NCBI RefSeq assembly: GCF_000372725.1
Contig: NW_005201192.1
Location: 62,001 to 126,000 of the forward strand
Direction of reading: 5' to 3'
DNA length: 64,000 nt
DNA from: Emiliania huxleyi CCMP1516
Lineage: Eukaryota
Both the position numbers and the translations under genes were made by a program. How positions within the stretch are numbered: position 1 is the stretch's first letter; every line of letters begins with the position of its first letter. Positions 32,693 through 45,359 of the stretch are shown in pieces. The notes below the pieces were generated by a model. That model was given only the letters and a program-made list of their open reading frames with translations. It made no database searches and was not told where the DNA came from.

Positions 32693-35600
32693 TCAGGAGC
32701 AAACGTTGCCGAATTCAGCCTCCCCGAGCGGTGCCACGAGAGCCTCCTTCCATGTGGGATTCGCTGCCTGGCACTCGGGTGTCTCGCACGAGGCCGTGGC
32801 GGAGTAGGTGGCAGCGTAGCCGTTCCCATTGGAGAGAGCAGACCAGCCCGCGTACTTGAACGAGTACGGCTTGACGTAGCCGTTGTCTGCGATGAGCTTG
32901 TTGATCGCTGCCTCGCCCTCAGCCACGTGGGCCTCATCGTTGATCCACGCGGCCAGCTCCTGCTTCATCTCCGCGACGGTGGTGCAGGTCGCGGCAGACG
33001 ATGTCGGCGTTGAAGACATTGGAAGCGAACGTTCGTCAACAGCCGCGTCTTCGCAAAGGTCAAACTGTGCCTCGCCGAGCGGTGCGACGAGAGCCTCCTT
33101 CCATGTGGGATTCGCTGCCTGGCACTCGGGTGTCTCGCACGAGGCCGTGGCGGAGTAGGTGGCAGCGTAGCCGTTGTCATTGGAGAGAGCAGACCAGCCC
33201 GCGTACTTGAACGAGTACGGCTTGACGTAGCCGTTGTCTGCGATGAGCTTGTTGATCGCTGCCTCGCCCTCAGCCACGTGGGCCTCATCGTTGATCCACG
33301 CGGCCAGCTCCTGCTTCATCTCCGCGACGGTGGTGCAGGTCGCGGCAGACGATGTCGGCGTTGAAGACATTGGAAGCGAACGTTCGTCAACAGCCGCGTC
33401 TTCGCAAAGGTCAAACTGTGCCTCGCCGAGCGGTGCGACGAGAGCCTCCTTCCATGTGGGATTCGCTGCCTGGCACTCGGGTGTCTCGCACGAGGCCGTG
33501 GCGGAGTAGGTGGCAGCGTAGCCGTTGTCATTGGAGAGAGCAGACCAGCCCGCGTACTTGAACGCGTACGGCTTGACGTAGCCGTTGTCTGCGATGAGCT
33601 TGTTGATCGCTGCCTCGCCCTCAGCCGAATGGGCCTCATCGTTGACCCACGCGGCCAGCTCCTGCTTCATCTCAACGAAAGTGACGAGACCAGGCCCACA
33701 CGGCGGGAGCGATGGAGCCGCCGAGGCGGCCGCTTTTTCGGCAGCCTTGGCTATATCTTCGGGCGGCATGTCCTCCTCGAGCGCCTTCGCCGCCGCAGCG
33801 GTCGCCGCCTCGGCCGCCTTAGCCGCCTCCTCCGGATCGAGGCCCTTGTTGACCGCGTCGGCGGCAGCCTTGGCCGCCGCCTCGACGACCTCGGGCGGCA
33901 TGTCCTCCTCGAGCGCCTTCGCCGCCGCAGCGGACGCCGCCTCGGCCGCCTTGGCCGCCTCCTCCGGATCGACGCCCTTGCTGACCGCGTCGGCGGCAGC
34001 CTTGGCCGCCTCCTCGACGACCTCGGGCGGCATGTCGTCCTCGAGCGCCTTGGCCGCCGCAGCGGACGCCGCCTCGGCAACCTTGGCCGCCTCCTCCGGA
34101 TCGACGCCCTTGCTGACTGCGTCGGCGGCAGCCTTGGCCGCCTCCTCGACGACCTCGGGCGGCATGTCGTCCTCGAGCGCCTTCGCCGCCGCAGCGGACG
34201 CCGCCTCGGCCACCTTGGCCGCCTCCTCCGGATCGACGCCCTTGCTGACTGCGTCGGCGGCAGCCTTGGCCGCCTCCTCGACGACCTCGGGCGGCATGTC
34301 GTCCTCGAGCGCCTTCGCCGCCGCAGCGGACGCCGCCTCGGCAACCTTGGCCGCCTCCTCCGGATCGACGCCCTTGCTGACCGCGTCGGCGGCAGCCTTG
34401 GCCGCCTCCTCGACGACCTCGGGCGACATGTCCTCCTCGAGCGCCTTCGCCGCCGCAGCGGACGCCGCCTCGGCAACCTTGGCCGCCTCCTCTGGCTCGG
34501 CGCCCTTGCTGACCGCGTCGGCGGCAGCCTTGGCCGCCTCCTCGACGACCTCGGGCGACATGTCCTCCTCGAGCGCCTTCGCCGCCGCAGCGGACGCCGC
34601 CTCGGCCACCTTGGCCGCCTCCTCCGGATCGACGCCCTTGCTGACCGCGTCGGCGGCAGCCTTGGCCGCCTCCTCGACGACCTCGGGCGGCATGTCGTCC
34701 TCGAGCGCCTTCGCCGCCGCAGCGGACGCCGCCTCGGCAACCTTGGCCGCCTCCTCTGGCTCGGCGCCCTTGCTGACCGCGTCGGCGGCAGCCTTGGCCG
34801 CCTCCTCGACGACCTCGGGCGGCATGTCGTCCTCGAGCGCCTTCGCCGCCGCAGCGGACGCCGCCTCGGCCACCTTGGCCGCCTCCTCCGGATCGACGCC
34901 CTTGCTGACTGCGTCGGCGGCAGCCTTGGCCGCCTCCTCGACGACCTCGGGCGGCATGTCCTCCTCGAGCGCCTTCGCCGCCGCAGCGGACGCCGCCTCG
35001 GCCACCTTGGCCGCCTCCTCCGGATCGACGCCCTTGCTGACTGCGTCGGCGGCAGCCTTGGCCGCCTCCTCGACGACCTCGGGCGGCATGTCGTCCTCGA
35101 GCGCCTTCGCCGCCGCAGTGGACGCCGCCTCGGCAACCTTGGCCGCCTTCTCCGGATCGACGCCCTTGCTGACTGCGTCTGCGGCAGCCTTGGCCGCCTC
35201 CTCGACGACCTCGGGCGGCATGTCGTCCTCGAGCGCCTTCGCCGCCGCAGCAGACGCCGCCTCGGCAACCTTGGCTGCCTCCTCCGGATCGACGCCCTTG
35301 CTGACTGCGTCGGCGGCAGCCTTGGCCGCCTCCTCGGCGACCTCGGGCGGCATGTCGTCCTCGAGCGCCTTCGCCGCTGCTGCGGACGCCGCCTCGGCCA
35401 CCTTGGCTGCCTCCTCCGGCTCGAGGCCCTTGCTGACTGCGTCGGCGGCAGCCTTGGCCGCCTCCTCGACGACCTCGGGCGGCATGTCGTCCTCGAGCGC
35501 CTTCGCCGCCGCAGCGGACGCCGCCTCGGCCGCCTTGGCCGCCTCCTCCGGATCGACGCCCTTGCTGACTGCGTCGGCGGCAGCCTTGGCCGCCTCCTCG

Positions 35601-38600
35601 GCGACCTCGGGCGGCATGTCGTCCTCGAGCGCCTTCGCCGCCGCAGCGGACGCCGCCTCGGCCGCCTTGGCCGCCTCCTCCGGATCGACGCCCTTGCTGA
35701 CTGCGTCGGCGGCAGCCTTGGCCGCCTCCTCGGCGACCTCGGGCGGCATGTCGTCCTCGAGCGCCTTCGCCGCCGCAGCGGACGCCGCCTCGGCAACCTT
35801 GGCCGCCTCCTCCGGATCGACGCCCTTGCTGACTGCGTCGGCGGCAGCCTTGGCCGCCTCCTCGACGACCTCGGGCGGCATGTCCTCCTCGAGCGCCTTA
35901 GCCGCCGCAGCAGACGCCGCCTCGGCCACCTTGGCTGCCTCCTCCGGATCGACGCCCTTGCTGACTGCGTCGGCGGCAGCCTTGGCCGCCTCCTCGACGA
36001 CCTCGGGCGGCATGTCGTCCTCGAGCGCCTTCGCCGCCGCAGCGGACGCCGCCTCGGCAACCTTGGCCGCCTCCTCCGGATCGAGGCCCTTGCTGACTGC
36101 GTCGGCGGCAGCCTTGGCCGCCTCCTCGACGACCTCGGGCGGCATGTCCTCCTCGAGCGCCTTCGCCGCCGCAGCGGACGCCGCCTCGGCAACCTTGGCC
36201 GCCTCCTCCGGATCGAGGCCCTTGCTGACTGCGTCGGCGGCAGCCTTGGCCGCCTCCTCGACGACCTCGGGCGGCATGTCCTCCTCGAGCGCCTTCGCCG
36301 CCGCAGTGGACGCCGCCTCAGCCACCTTGGCCGCCTCCTCCGGATCGACGCCCTTGCTGACTGCGTCGGCGGCAGCCTTGGCAGCCTCCTCGACGACCTC
36401 GGGCGGCATGTCCTCCTCGAGCGCCTTCGCCGCCGCAGCGGACGCCGCCTCGGCCGCCTTGGCCGCCTCCTCCGGATCGAGGCCCTTGCTGACTGCGTCG
36501 GCGGCAGCCTTGGCCGCCTCCTCGGCGACCTCGGGCGGCATGTCCTCCTCAAGCGCCTTCGCCGCCGCAGCGGACGCCGCCACGGCCGCCTTGGCCGCCT
36601 CCTCCGGCTCGTGGCCCTCTTCGCAAAGGTCAAACTGTGCCTCGCCGAGCGGTGCGACGAGAGCCTCCTTCCATGTGGGATTCGCTGCCTGGCACTCGGG
36701 TGTCTCGCACGAGGCCGTGGCGGAGTAGGTGGCAGCGTAGCCGTTGTCATTGGAGAGAGCAGACCAGCCCGCGTACTTGAACGCGTACGGCTTGACGTAG
36801 CCGTTGTCTGCGATGAGCTTGTTGATCGCTGCCTCGCCCTCAGCCGAATGGGCCTCATCGTTGACCCACGCGGCCAGCTCCTGCTTCATCTCAACGAAAG
36901 TGACGAGACCAGGCCCACACGGCGGGAGCGATGGAGCCGCCGAGGCGGCCGCTTTTTCGGCAGCCTTGGCTATATCTTCGGGCGGCATGTCCTCCTCGAG
37001 CGCCTTCGCCGCCGCAGCGGTCGCCGCCTCGGCCGCCTTAGCCGCCTCCTCCGGATCGAGGCCCTTGTTGACCGCGTCGGCGGCAGCCTTGGCCGCCGCC
37101 TCGACGACCTCGGGCGGCATGTCCTCCTCGAGCGCCTTCGCCGCCGCAGCGGTCGCCGCCTCGGCCGCCTTGGCCGCCTCCTCCGGATCGACGCCCTTGT
37201 TGACCGCGTCGGCGGCAGCCTTGGCCGCCTCCTCGACGACCTCGGGCGGCATGTCGTCCTCGAGCGCCTTGGCCGCCGCAGCGGACGCCGCCTCGGCAAC
37301 CTTGGCCGCCTCCTCCGGATCGACGCCCTTGCTGACTGCGTCGGCGGCAGCCTTGGCCGCCTCCTCGACGACCTCGGGCGGCATGTCGTCCTCGAGCGCC
37401 TTCGCCGCTGCTGCGGACGCCGCCTCGGCAATCTTGGCCGCCTCCTCCGGCTCGACGCCCTTGCTGACTGCGTCGGCGGCAGCCTTGGCCGCCTCCTCGG
37501 CGACCTCGGGCGGCATGTCGTCCTCGAGCGCCTTCGCCGCCGCAGCGGACGCCGCCTCGGCCACCTTGGCCGCCTCCTCCGGATCGACGCCCTTGCTGAC
37601 TGCGTCGGCGGCAGCCTTGGCCGCCTCCTCGACGACCTCGGGCGGCATGTCCTCCTCGAGCGCCTTGGCCGCCGCAGCGGACGCCGCCTCGGCAACCTTG
37701 GCCGCCTCCTCCGGATCGACGCCCTTGCTGACTGCGTCGGCGGCAGCCTTGGCCGCCTCCTCGACGACCTCGGGCGGCATGTCCTCCTCGAGCGCCTTCG
37801 CCGCCGCAGCGGACGCCGCCTCGGCCACCTTGGCCGCCTCCTCCGGATCGACGCCCTTGCTGACCGCGTCGGCGGCAGCCTTGGCCGCCTCCTCGACGAC
37901 CTCGGGCGACATGTCCTCCTCGAGCGCCTTCGCCGCCGCAGCGGACGCCGCCTCGGCAACCTTGGCCGCCTCCTCTGGCTCGGCGCCCTTGCTGACCGCG
38001 TCGGCGGCAGCCTTGGCCGCCTCCTCGACGACCTCGGGCGGCATGTCGTCCTCGAGCGCCTTCGCCGCCGCAGCGGACGCCGCCTCGGCCACCTTGGCCG
38101 CCTCCTCCGGCTCGAGGCCCTTGCTGACTGCGTCGGCGGCAGCCTTGGCCGCCTCCTCGACGACCTCGGGCGGCATGTCGTCCTCGAGCGCCTTCGCCGC
38201 CGCAGCGGACGCCGCCTCGGCCGCCTTGGCCGCCTCCTCCGGATCGACGCCCTTGCTGACTGCGTCGGCGGCAGCCTTGGCCGCCTCCTCGGCGACCTCG
38301 GGCGGCATGTCGTCCTCGAGCGCCTTCGCCGCCGCAGCGGACGCCGCCTCGGCAACCTTGGCCGCCTCCTCCGGATCGACGCCCTTGCTGACTGCGTCGG
38401 CGGCAGCCTTGGCCGCCTCCTCGACGACCTCGGGCGGCATGTCGTCCTCGAGCGCCTTCGCCGCCGCAGTGGACGCCGCCTCGGCAACCTTGGCCGCCTT
38501 CTCCGGATCGACGCCCTTGCTGACTGCGTCGGCGGCAGCCTTGGCCGCCTCCTCGACGACCTCGGGCGGCATGTCGTCCTCGAGCGCCTTCGCCGCCGCA

Positions 38601-41600
38601 GCAGACGCCGCCTCGGCAACCTTGGCTGCCTCCTCCGGATCGACGCCCTTGCTGACTGCGTCGGCGGCAGCCTTGGCCGCCTCCTCGGCGACCTTGGGCG
38701 GCATGTCGTCCTCGAGCGCCTTCGCCGCTGCAGCGGACGCCGCCTCGGCCACCTTGGCCGCCTCCTCCGGCTCGAGGCCCTTGCTGACCGCGTCGGCGGC
38801 AGCCTTGGCCGCCTCCTCGACGACCTCGGGCGGCATGTCCTCCTCGAGCGCCTTCGCCGCTGCTGCGGACGCCGCCTCGGCCGCCTTGGCCGCCTCCTCC
38901 GGATCGACGCCCTTGCTGACTGCGTCGGCGGCAGCCTTGGCCGCCTCCTCGGCGACCTCGGGCGGCATGTCCTCCTCGAGCGCCTTCGCCGCCGCAGCGG
39001 ACGCCGCCTCGGCAACCTTGGCCGCCTCCTCCGGATCGACGCCCTTGCTGACTGCGTCGGCGGCAGCCTTGGCCGCCTCCTCGACGACCTCGGGCGGCAT
39101 GTCGTCCTCGAGCGCCTTCGCCGCTGCTGCGGACGCCGCCTCGGCAATCTTGGCCGCCTCCTCCGGATCGACGCCCTTGCTGACTGCGTCGGCGGCAGCC
39201 TTGGCCGCCGCCTCGGCTGCCTCGGGCGGCATGTCGTCCTCGAGCGCCTTCGCCGCAGCAGTGGACGCCGCCTCGGCCGCCTTGGCCGCCTCCTCCGGCT
39301 CGACGCCCTTGCTGACTGCGTCGGCGGCAGCCTTGGCCGCCTCCTCGGCGACCTCGGGCGGCATGTCCTCCTCGAGCGCCTTCGCCGCCGCAGCGGACGC
39401 CGCCTCGGCAACCTTGGCCGCCTCCTCCGGATCGACGCCCTTGCTGACTGCGTCGGCGGCAGCCTTGGCCGCCTCCTCGGCGACCTCGGGCGGCATGTCC
39501 TCCTCGAGCGCCTTGGCCGCCGCTGCGGACGCCGCCTCGGCCGCCTTGGCCGCCTCCTCCGGCTTGAAGCCCTTGCTGACTGCGTCGGCGGCAGCCTTGG
39601 CCGCCGCCTCGGCTGCCTCGGGCGGCATGTCGTCCTCGAGCGCCTTCGCCGCCGCAGCAGACGCCGCCTCGGCCGCCTTGGCCGCCTCCTCCGGATCGAC
39701 GCCCTTGCTGACTGCGTCGGCGGCAGCCTTGGCCGCCTCCTCGACGACCTCGGGCGGCATGTCGTCCTCGAGCGCCTTCGCCGCCGCAGTGGACGCCGCC
39801 TCGGCAACCTTGGCCGCCTCCTCCGGATCGACGCCCTTGCTGACTGCGTCGGCGGCAGCCTTGGCCGCCGCCTCGGCTGCCTCGGGCGGCATGTCCTCCT
39901 CGAGCGCCTTCGCCGCCGCAGCGGTCGCCGCCTCGGCCGCCTTAGCCGCCTCCTCCGGATCGAGGCCCTTGTTGACCGCGTCGGCGGCAGCCTTGGCCGC
40001 CGCCTCGACGACCTCGGGCGGCATGTCCTCCTCGAGCGCCTTGGCCGCCGCAGCGGACGCCGCCTCGGCAACCTTGGCCGCCTCCTCCGGATCGACGCCC
40101 TTGCTGACCGCGTCGGCGGCAGCCTTGGCCGCCTCCTCGACGACCTCGGGCGGCATGTCGTCCTCGAGCGCCTTCGCCGCCGCAGCGGACGCCGCCTCGG
40201 CAACCTTGGCCGCCTCCTCCGGCTCGACGCCCTTGCTGACTGCGTCGGCGGCAGCCTTGGCCGCCTCCTCGACGACCTCGGGCGGCATGTCCTCCTCGAG
40301 CGCCTTGGCCGCCGCAGCAGACGCCGCCTCGGCCACCTTGGCTGCCTCCTCCGGATCGACGCCCTTGCTGACTGCGTCGGCGGCAGCCTTGGCCGCCTCC
40401 TCGACGACCTCGGGCGGCATGTCCTCCTCGAGCGCCTTCGCCGCCGCAGCGGACGCCGCCTCGGCCACCTTGGCCGCCTCCTCCGGATCGACGCCCTTGC
40501 TGACTGCGTCGGCGGCAGCCTTGGCCGCCTCCTCGACGACCTCGGGCGGCATGTCCTCCTCGAGTGCCTTAGCCGCCGCAGCAGACGCCGCCTCGGCCAC
40601 CTTGGCCGCCTCCTCTGGATCGACGCCCTTGCTGACCGCGTCGGCGGCAGCCTTGGCCGCCTCCTCGACGACCTCGGGCGGCATGTCGTCCTCGAGCGCC
40701 TTCGCCGCTGCTGCGGACGCCGCCTCGGCCACCTTGGCCGCCTCCTCCGGCTCGAGGCCCTTGCTGACCGCGTCGGCGGCAGCCTTGGCCGCCTCCTCGA
40801 CGACCTCGGGCGGCATGTCCTCCTCGAGCGCCTTCGCCGCTGCTGCGGACGCCGCCTCGGCCGCCTTGGCCGCCTCCTCCGGATCGACGCCCTTGCTGAC
40901 TGCGTCGGCGGCAGCCTTGGCCGCCTCCTCGGCGACCTCGGGCGGCATGTCCTCCTCGAGCGCCTTCGCCGCCGCAGCGGACGCCGCCTCGGCAACCTTG
41001 GCCGCCTCCTCCGGATCGACGCCCTTGCTGACTGCGTCGGCGGCAGCCTTGGCCGCCTCCTCGGCGACCTCGGGCGGCATGTCCTCCTCGAGCGCCTTGG
41101 CCGCCGCTGCGGACGCCGCCTCGGCCGCCTTGGCCGCCTCCTCCGGCTTGAAGCCCTTGCTGACTGCGTCGGCGGCAGCCTTGGCCGCCGCCTCGGCTGC
41201 CTCGGGCGGCATGTCGTCCTCGAGCGCCTTCGCCGCCGCAGCAGACGCCGCCTCGGCCGCCTTGGCCGCCTCCTCCGGATCGACGCCCTTGCTGACTGCG
41301 TCGGCGGCAGCCTTGGCCGCCGCCTCGGCTGCCTCGGGCGGCATGTCGTCCTCGAGCGCCTTCGCCGCCGCAGCAGACGCCGCCTCGGCCGCCTTGGCCG
41401 CCTCCTCCGGATCGACGCCCTTGCTGACTGCGTCGGCGGCAGCCTTGGCCGCCGCCTCGGCTGCCTCGGGCGGCATGTCCTCCTCGAGCGCCTTCGCCGC
41501 CGCAGCAGACGCCGCCTCGGCCACCTTGGCCGCCTCCTCCGGCTCGACGCCCTTACTGACTGCGTCGGCGGCAGCCTTGGCCGCCTCCTCGACGACCTCG

Positions 41601-43168
41601 GGCGGCATGTCGTCCTCGAGCGCCTTGGCCGCCGCTGCGGACGCCGCCTCGGCCGCCTTGGCCGCCTCCTCCGGCTTGAAGCCCTTGCTGACTGCGTCGG
41701 CGGCAGCCTTGGCCGCCGCCTCGGCTGCCTCGGGCGGCATGTCGTCCTCGAGCGCCTTCGCCGCCGCAGCAGACGCCGCCTCGGCCGCCTTGGCCGCCTC
41801 CTCCGGATCGAGGCCTTTGCTGACCGCGTCGGCGGCAGCCTTGGCCGCCGCCTCGGCGACCTCGGGCGGCATGTCGTCCTCGAGCGCCTTCGCCGCCGCA
41901 GCAGACGCCGCCTCGGCAACCTTGGCCGCCTCCTCCGGCTCGACGCCCTTGCTGACTGCGTCGGCGGCAGCCTTGGCCGCCTCCTCGGCGACCTCGGGCG
42001 GCATGTCGTCCTCGAGCGCCTTCGCCGCCGCAGTGGACGCCGCCTCGGCCGCCTTGGCCGCCTCCTCCGGCTTGAAGCCCTTGCTGACTGCGTCGGCGGC
42101 AGCCTTGGCCGCATCCTCGACGACCTCGGGCGGCATGTCGTCCTCGAGCGCCTTCGCCGCAGCAGCCGACGCTGCCTTGGCCGATTGGGCTGACGTATCC
42201 TTGTGTTTGCTCGGGCTTCCCTTGTCTCCTCCTCCGCCTCCCCACCATCCCCAAAGGCCGCTGATATCCGGCATTTTGAAGCCTGGTTCCCCACCTGAGC
42301 TTCGCGGTGCCGCTGCTGGCTTAGGGGGTGCTGACCAACCTCGACCAGCGACGGTAGGACCCGTACTTTTCGTTTGGCCTTTGTCCTTTGGCTTGCTATC
42401 GTTGCCTCTGCTTCCTTTGCCTCCGCCTCCCCCTCCCCACCATCCCCAAAGGCCGCTGACGTCTGGCATTTTGAAGCCCGGTTCCCCACTTGAGCTTCGC
42501 GGCGCCGGCAGGGAAGGAGCTGGTGCTGGCCAACCTCGACCAGCGACGTTAGGAATCGAACTTTTCTTTTGGCCTCCACCGTCGCTAGGACCGGCCGGAC
42601 CACTGCCGCCCGCTTCTCCTCCGCCACCGCCGTTTCGGCCTGCGCCTCCCCACCATCCCCAAAGGCTGCTGATGTCCGGCATCTTGATGCCTTCACCTTG
42701 CGGGCTTCTCGGTGTGAGCTGAGGTGATGACCACCCACGACCCGCAACCTGAGGATGCGACCCCCCCTTCCCGCTCCCTTTCCCCTCCTCGCCAAAGAGT
42801 AGGTCGCGAGAAGTGGCGGGTGAAGACGGTTTAGGCTCGGTGTACGCGACGGCACCAGCGCAAAGCCCAACCACGCCTAGTACGCCGAGCACCAGCGGCA
42901 GCTTGCTGCCCGTCGACGCCGCTCCACCTGCACCGGCAGGGCCATCGTAAGCTTCGAGACATCTGGGCTCCTGTCAAGCGTCTAGCATAGTAGCAGATCA
43001 GATACACGTTTCACCTGCGGCCGGCGGCGCAGAGCTGCTGGCGATCTGATACCAGGCGTCCGAGGTGGCGCTGCCTCCGGCGGCGCCGCCAGCTGCGCCC
43101 CCGGCGGCGCCCCCCCCCCTGGGAACGAGTTCGGCATTGTGCTTGCCGTCGCCTGCCTCCGTGTCCAT
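32693..43168 (-). CDS. Giant (~3,460 aa) type II membrane-anchored acidic Ala/Glu-rich repeat protein
   Basis: 10.2-kb uninterrupted ORF; inferred exon 1 (ATG 43168) and GT-AG intron 42928-43014; hydrophobic LPLVLGVLGVVGLCAGAVAY; ~60 x 44-aa repeats; four Cys-domain copies. Confidence 0.85.
33750..42160 (-). repeat. Coding 132-bp tandem repeat in two blocks (~22 units at 33750-36610, ~39 units at 36970-42160)
   Basis: Unit EDDMPPEVVEEAAKAAADAVSKGVDPEEAAKVAEAASAAAAKAL; counts estimated from block length. Confidence 0.97.
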
Positions 43169-44668
43169 CGTATGCGTTCAGGCGGCGTCGGCCATCCCCC
43201 GAATACTCGAGTTGAAAGCGCGCCCTACGAGGGATTGAATCCGCAATTGGAAATTCAGGGGTGTCTGCGGGTACGGGTGGCCCCGCGTGCGTACGTACTT
43301 TTAGCGTACGGGGAGAAAAGGGAGAGGGGGTTGTGTTCTCTAGGCCCCTAAGGGCCCTACGCGCGGCGTGAGAGCTCGGAAGCGAGCTTTGCGCGGCGAT
43401 CGAGGAAGGATGGCGCGGTTCACCCCCTCTCCGACCTCCGCACGGACTTGTGGGAACCGCCCGAGGCGAGCTCCAAAGTCGCCGCGCTCTGCACATGGCA
43501 GCATTTCTGCATGGCACTCCCAGCACCTTCTGCGGCGCCGTGTCACCCATTCCACATGGCTGCAGAAACAGTAATACACCCTCCCAATGACCCAACCCGC
43601 AACACAAGGGTGCTCGCCTCCAGCACCCAGATGGAGTGCAGCCTCGGCGAGCCAGACACGACCCTCTCGCCCCTCCCGCCACGCGCGAGCCTCTGCAGCA
43701 ATGCGCGCAACTTAGCGTCTCATGGCCCGTGGCCGCAGGTTGCTGCTGCTGTGCGCCGACTGCGCGCTCTCTGCCGGCCGCCAGCGTGGGCCATGCATCC
43801 TACTACCTCAGGAACGCAGTGCCGAGCACCCGAGGCGGCGAGCTGCATGTGAGGGGCGGCTGTGGCCACAGCAGGTTTCAATAGACGGACCTCAAAGCTT
43901 GCCGTCGGCGTGCTGTCGTGGCGATAGCACAAGACCGCTGCAGAGGAGCCGAGTGCAGTGGCCAGAGGCTACCTGGGTCACCAAGTGGTAGCCCTTGCCC
44001 ATTCTGAGCAGGGCTGTGCTTTGGTGGGGTTGTGCTTGAGCGTGTGTGAAGTGGGAGTGCGTGCCGGCGGTGTCTGTGGGTGAATCAGGCGTGTGTGAGG
44101 CTTCAGATCCGTGGTATGAGCCAGAGCGAGCTTCATCGCCCAAAATAAGGACGGTTTGGGACAGCTCAGACTTGATACTGATGGGCCTTGGCCAGGAGAG
44201 CGGCAGGGAAGGCGAGGTGGTGAGCTGGGAAGCCGCTTCGTCGGCACCTGGACGTGTCGCGATGTGAAGTGCCAAGCTGCCAACAAGTACTACTTGCGGC
44301 TATTGCTCCAAACTTCGGGAGAGAAGGCCTACATATTATGACTGCATCCATGCGCCTGGTGTATGAGGGCTGTGGATCAGGACATATCATGGTCGGTGGC
44401 GCCGGTAATGCGCTCCGGAAAGCCCTCACAATTGGCTCGGAGATGGGGTCCACCGGGGACAATCTCGGAGCCCTCTCCGTGGCATCACGAGCCGGTGTGA
44501 GCTTAAAGACCCGAGATAAGTGCGGTCTGGGACAGCTCAGGCTTGCTACTGATGGGCCTGGGCCATGAGAGCGACAGAGAAGGCGAGGTGGTGAGCTGAG
44601 AGCAGGAAATAGCGCTTCGTGGCACTTGCTTCGCGACATCGCGACAAGGTCACACGCGGACTCTCCAG

Positions 44669-45120
44669 CCTCGAGTCTATCGAGCTCCCCTCGCGCAAGG
44701 ACCACATTTCTGACTCCCACTCCGATCATTTGCCTACAGGTCATGTTGTTGCTCAGGTCCACTCTCTCTTCGAACACTCGCTCGTGCCTCTACGGATGAT
44801 GCCGGCGCTGGGGTCCCCTTCGGATGCATCGTGACATCTGACAACTGGCTTTCCACTGGTTCGTCCTCCTCGGAAGTAAAAAAGAAAGAAAGAAAACAGA
44901 CACGCCAAACGAGGGATGGGAAGTAAAAAGAAAGAAAACAGGCAACCCAAGGGAGGGATGGGAGGACGGTACGCCGCCACCACACAGGGATTTTAGGGGA
45001 GAAGTGTGGTGTTAGCCGTCGCCCACCCTCGGGCGTCTACCACTTCCTATCTCTCTCCGCAGTTTATCACCAATTCTTGCAGCGACCTTCATGCCACCTC
45101 GCATTCTTCTCACTCTCGTC
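44669..45120 (-). mobile_element. Family B fragments (ORF piece 44669-44870; tail/UTR/ORF end 44880-45120)
   Basis: Near-identical to 6339-6535 and similar to 5995-6195. Confidence 0.75.
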
Positions 45121-45359
45121 GGATGGGAAGTAGGTTTGAGTTCATAGCGTGCCGAAATTCTTTTTCAGAGGTGTAATGAAGAGCCATCAGGCTCCTCTCC
45201 TCGAGAGAAGGCGATACAAAGAGCGGGAGAAAAAAGCCGCGGGACGTTTACCTACACTAAGCGAGTACCCGGGTACCTGAGGGGAAAGCCAATTGTCCAT
45301 GAGTCCATGAGTGCACGTCATCAACAAAGCCAATCGCTCAGCCTGACGCGACCGGTGTA

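Noticed and set aside
33585..42870. Huge alternative-frame ORFs (2854, 1972, 1966, 1047, 1035 aa)
   Set aside because: Shadow frames of a stop-free GC-rich 132-bp repeat; only the Ala/Glu frame has an anchor, globular domains and synonymous-type variation.
44155..44645. Two diverged ~100-bp direct repeats about 370 bp apart
   Set aside because: Real but degenerate, with no termini or coding signal; not interpretable.
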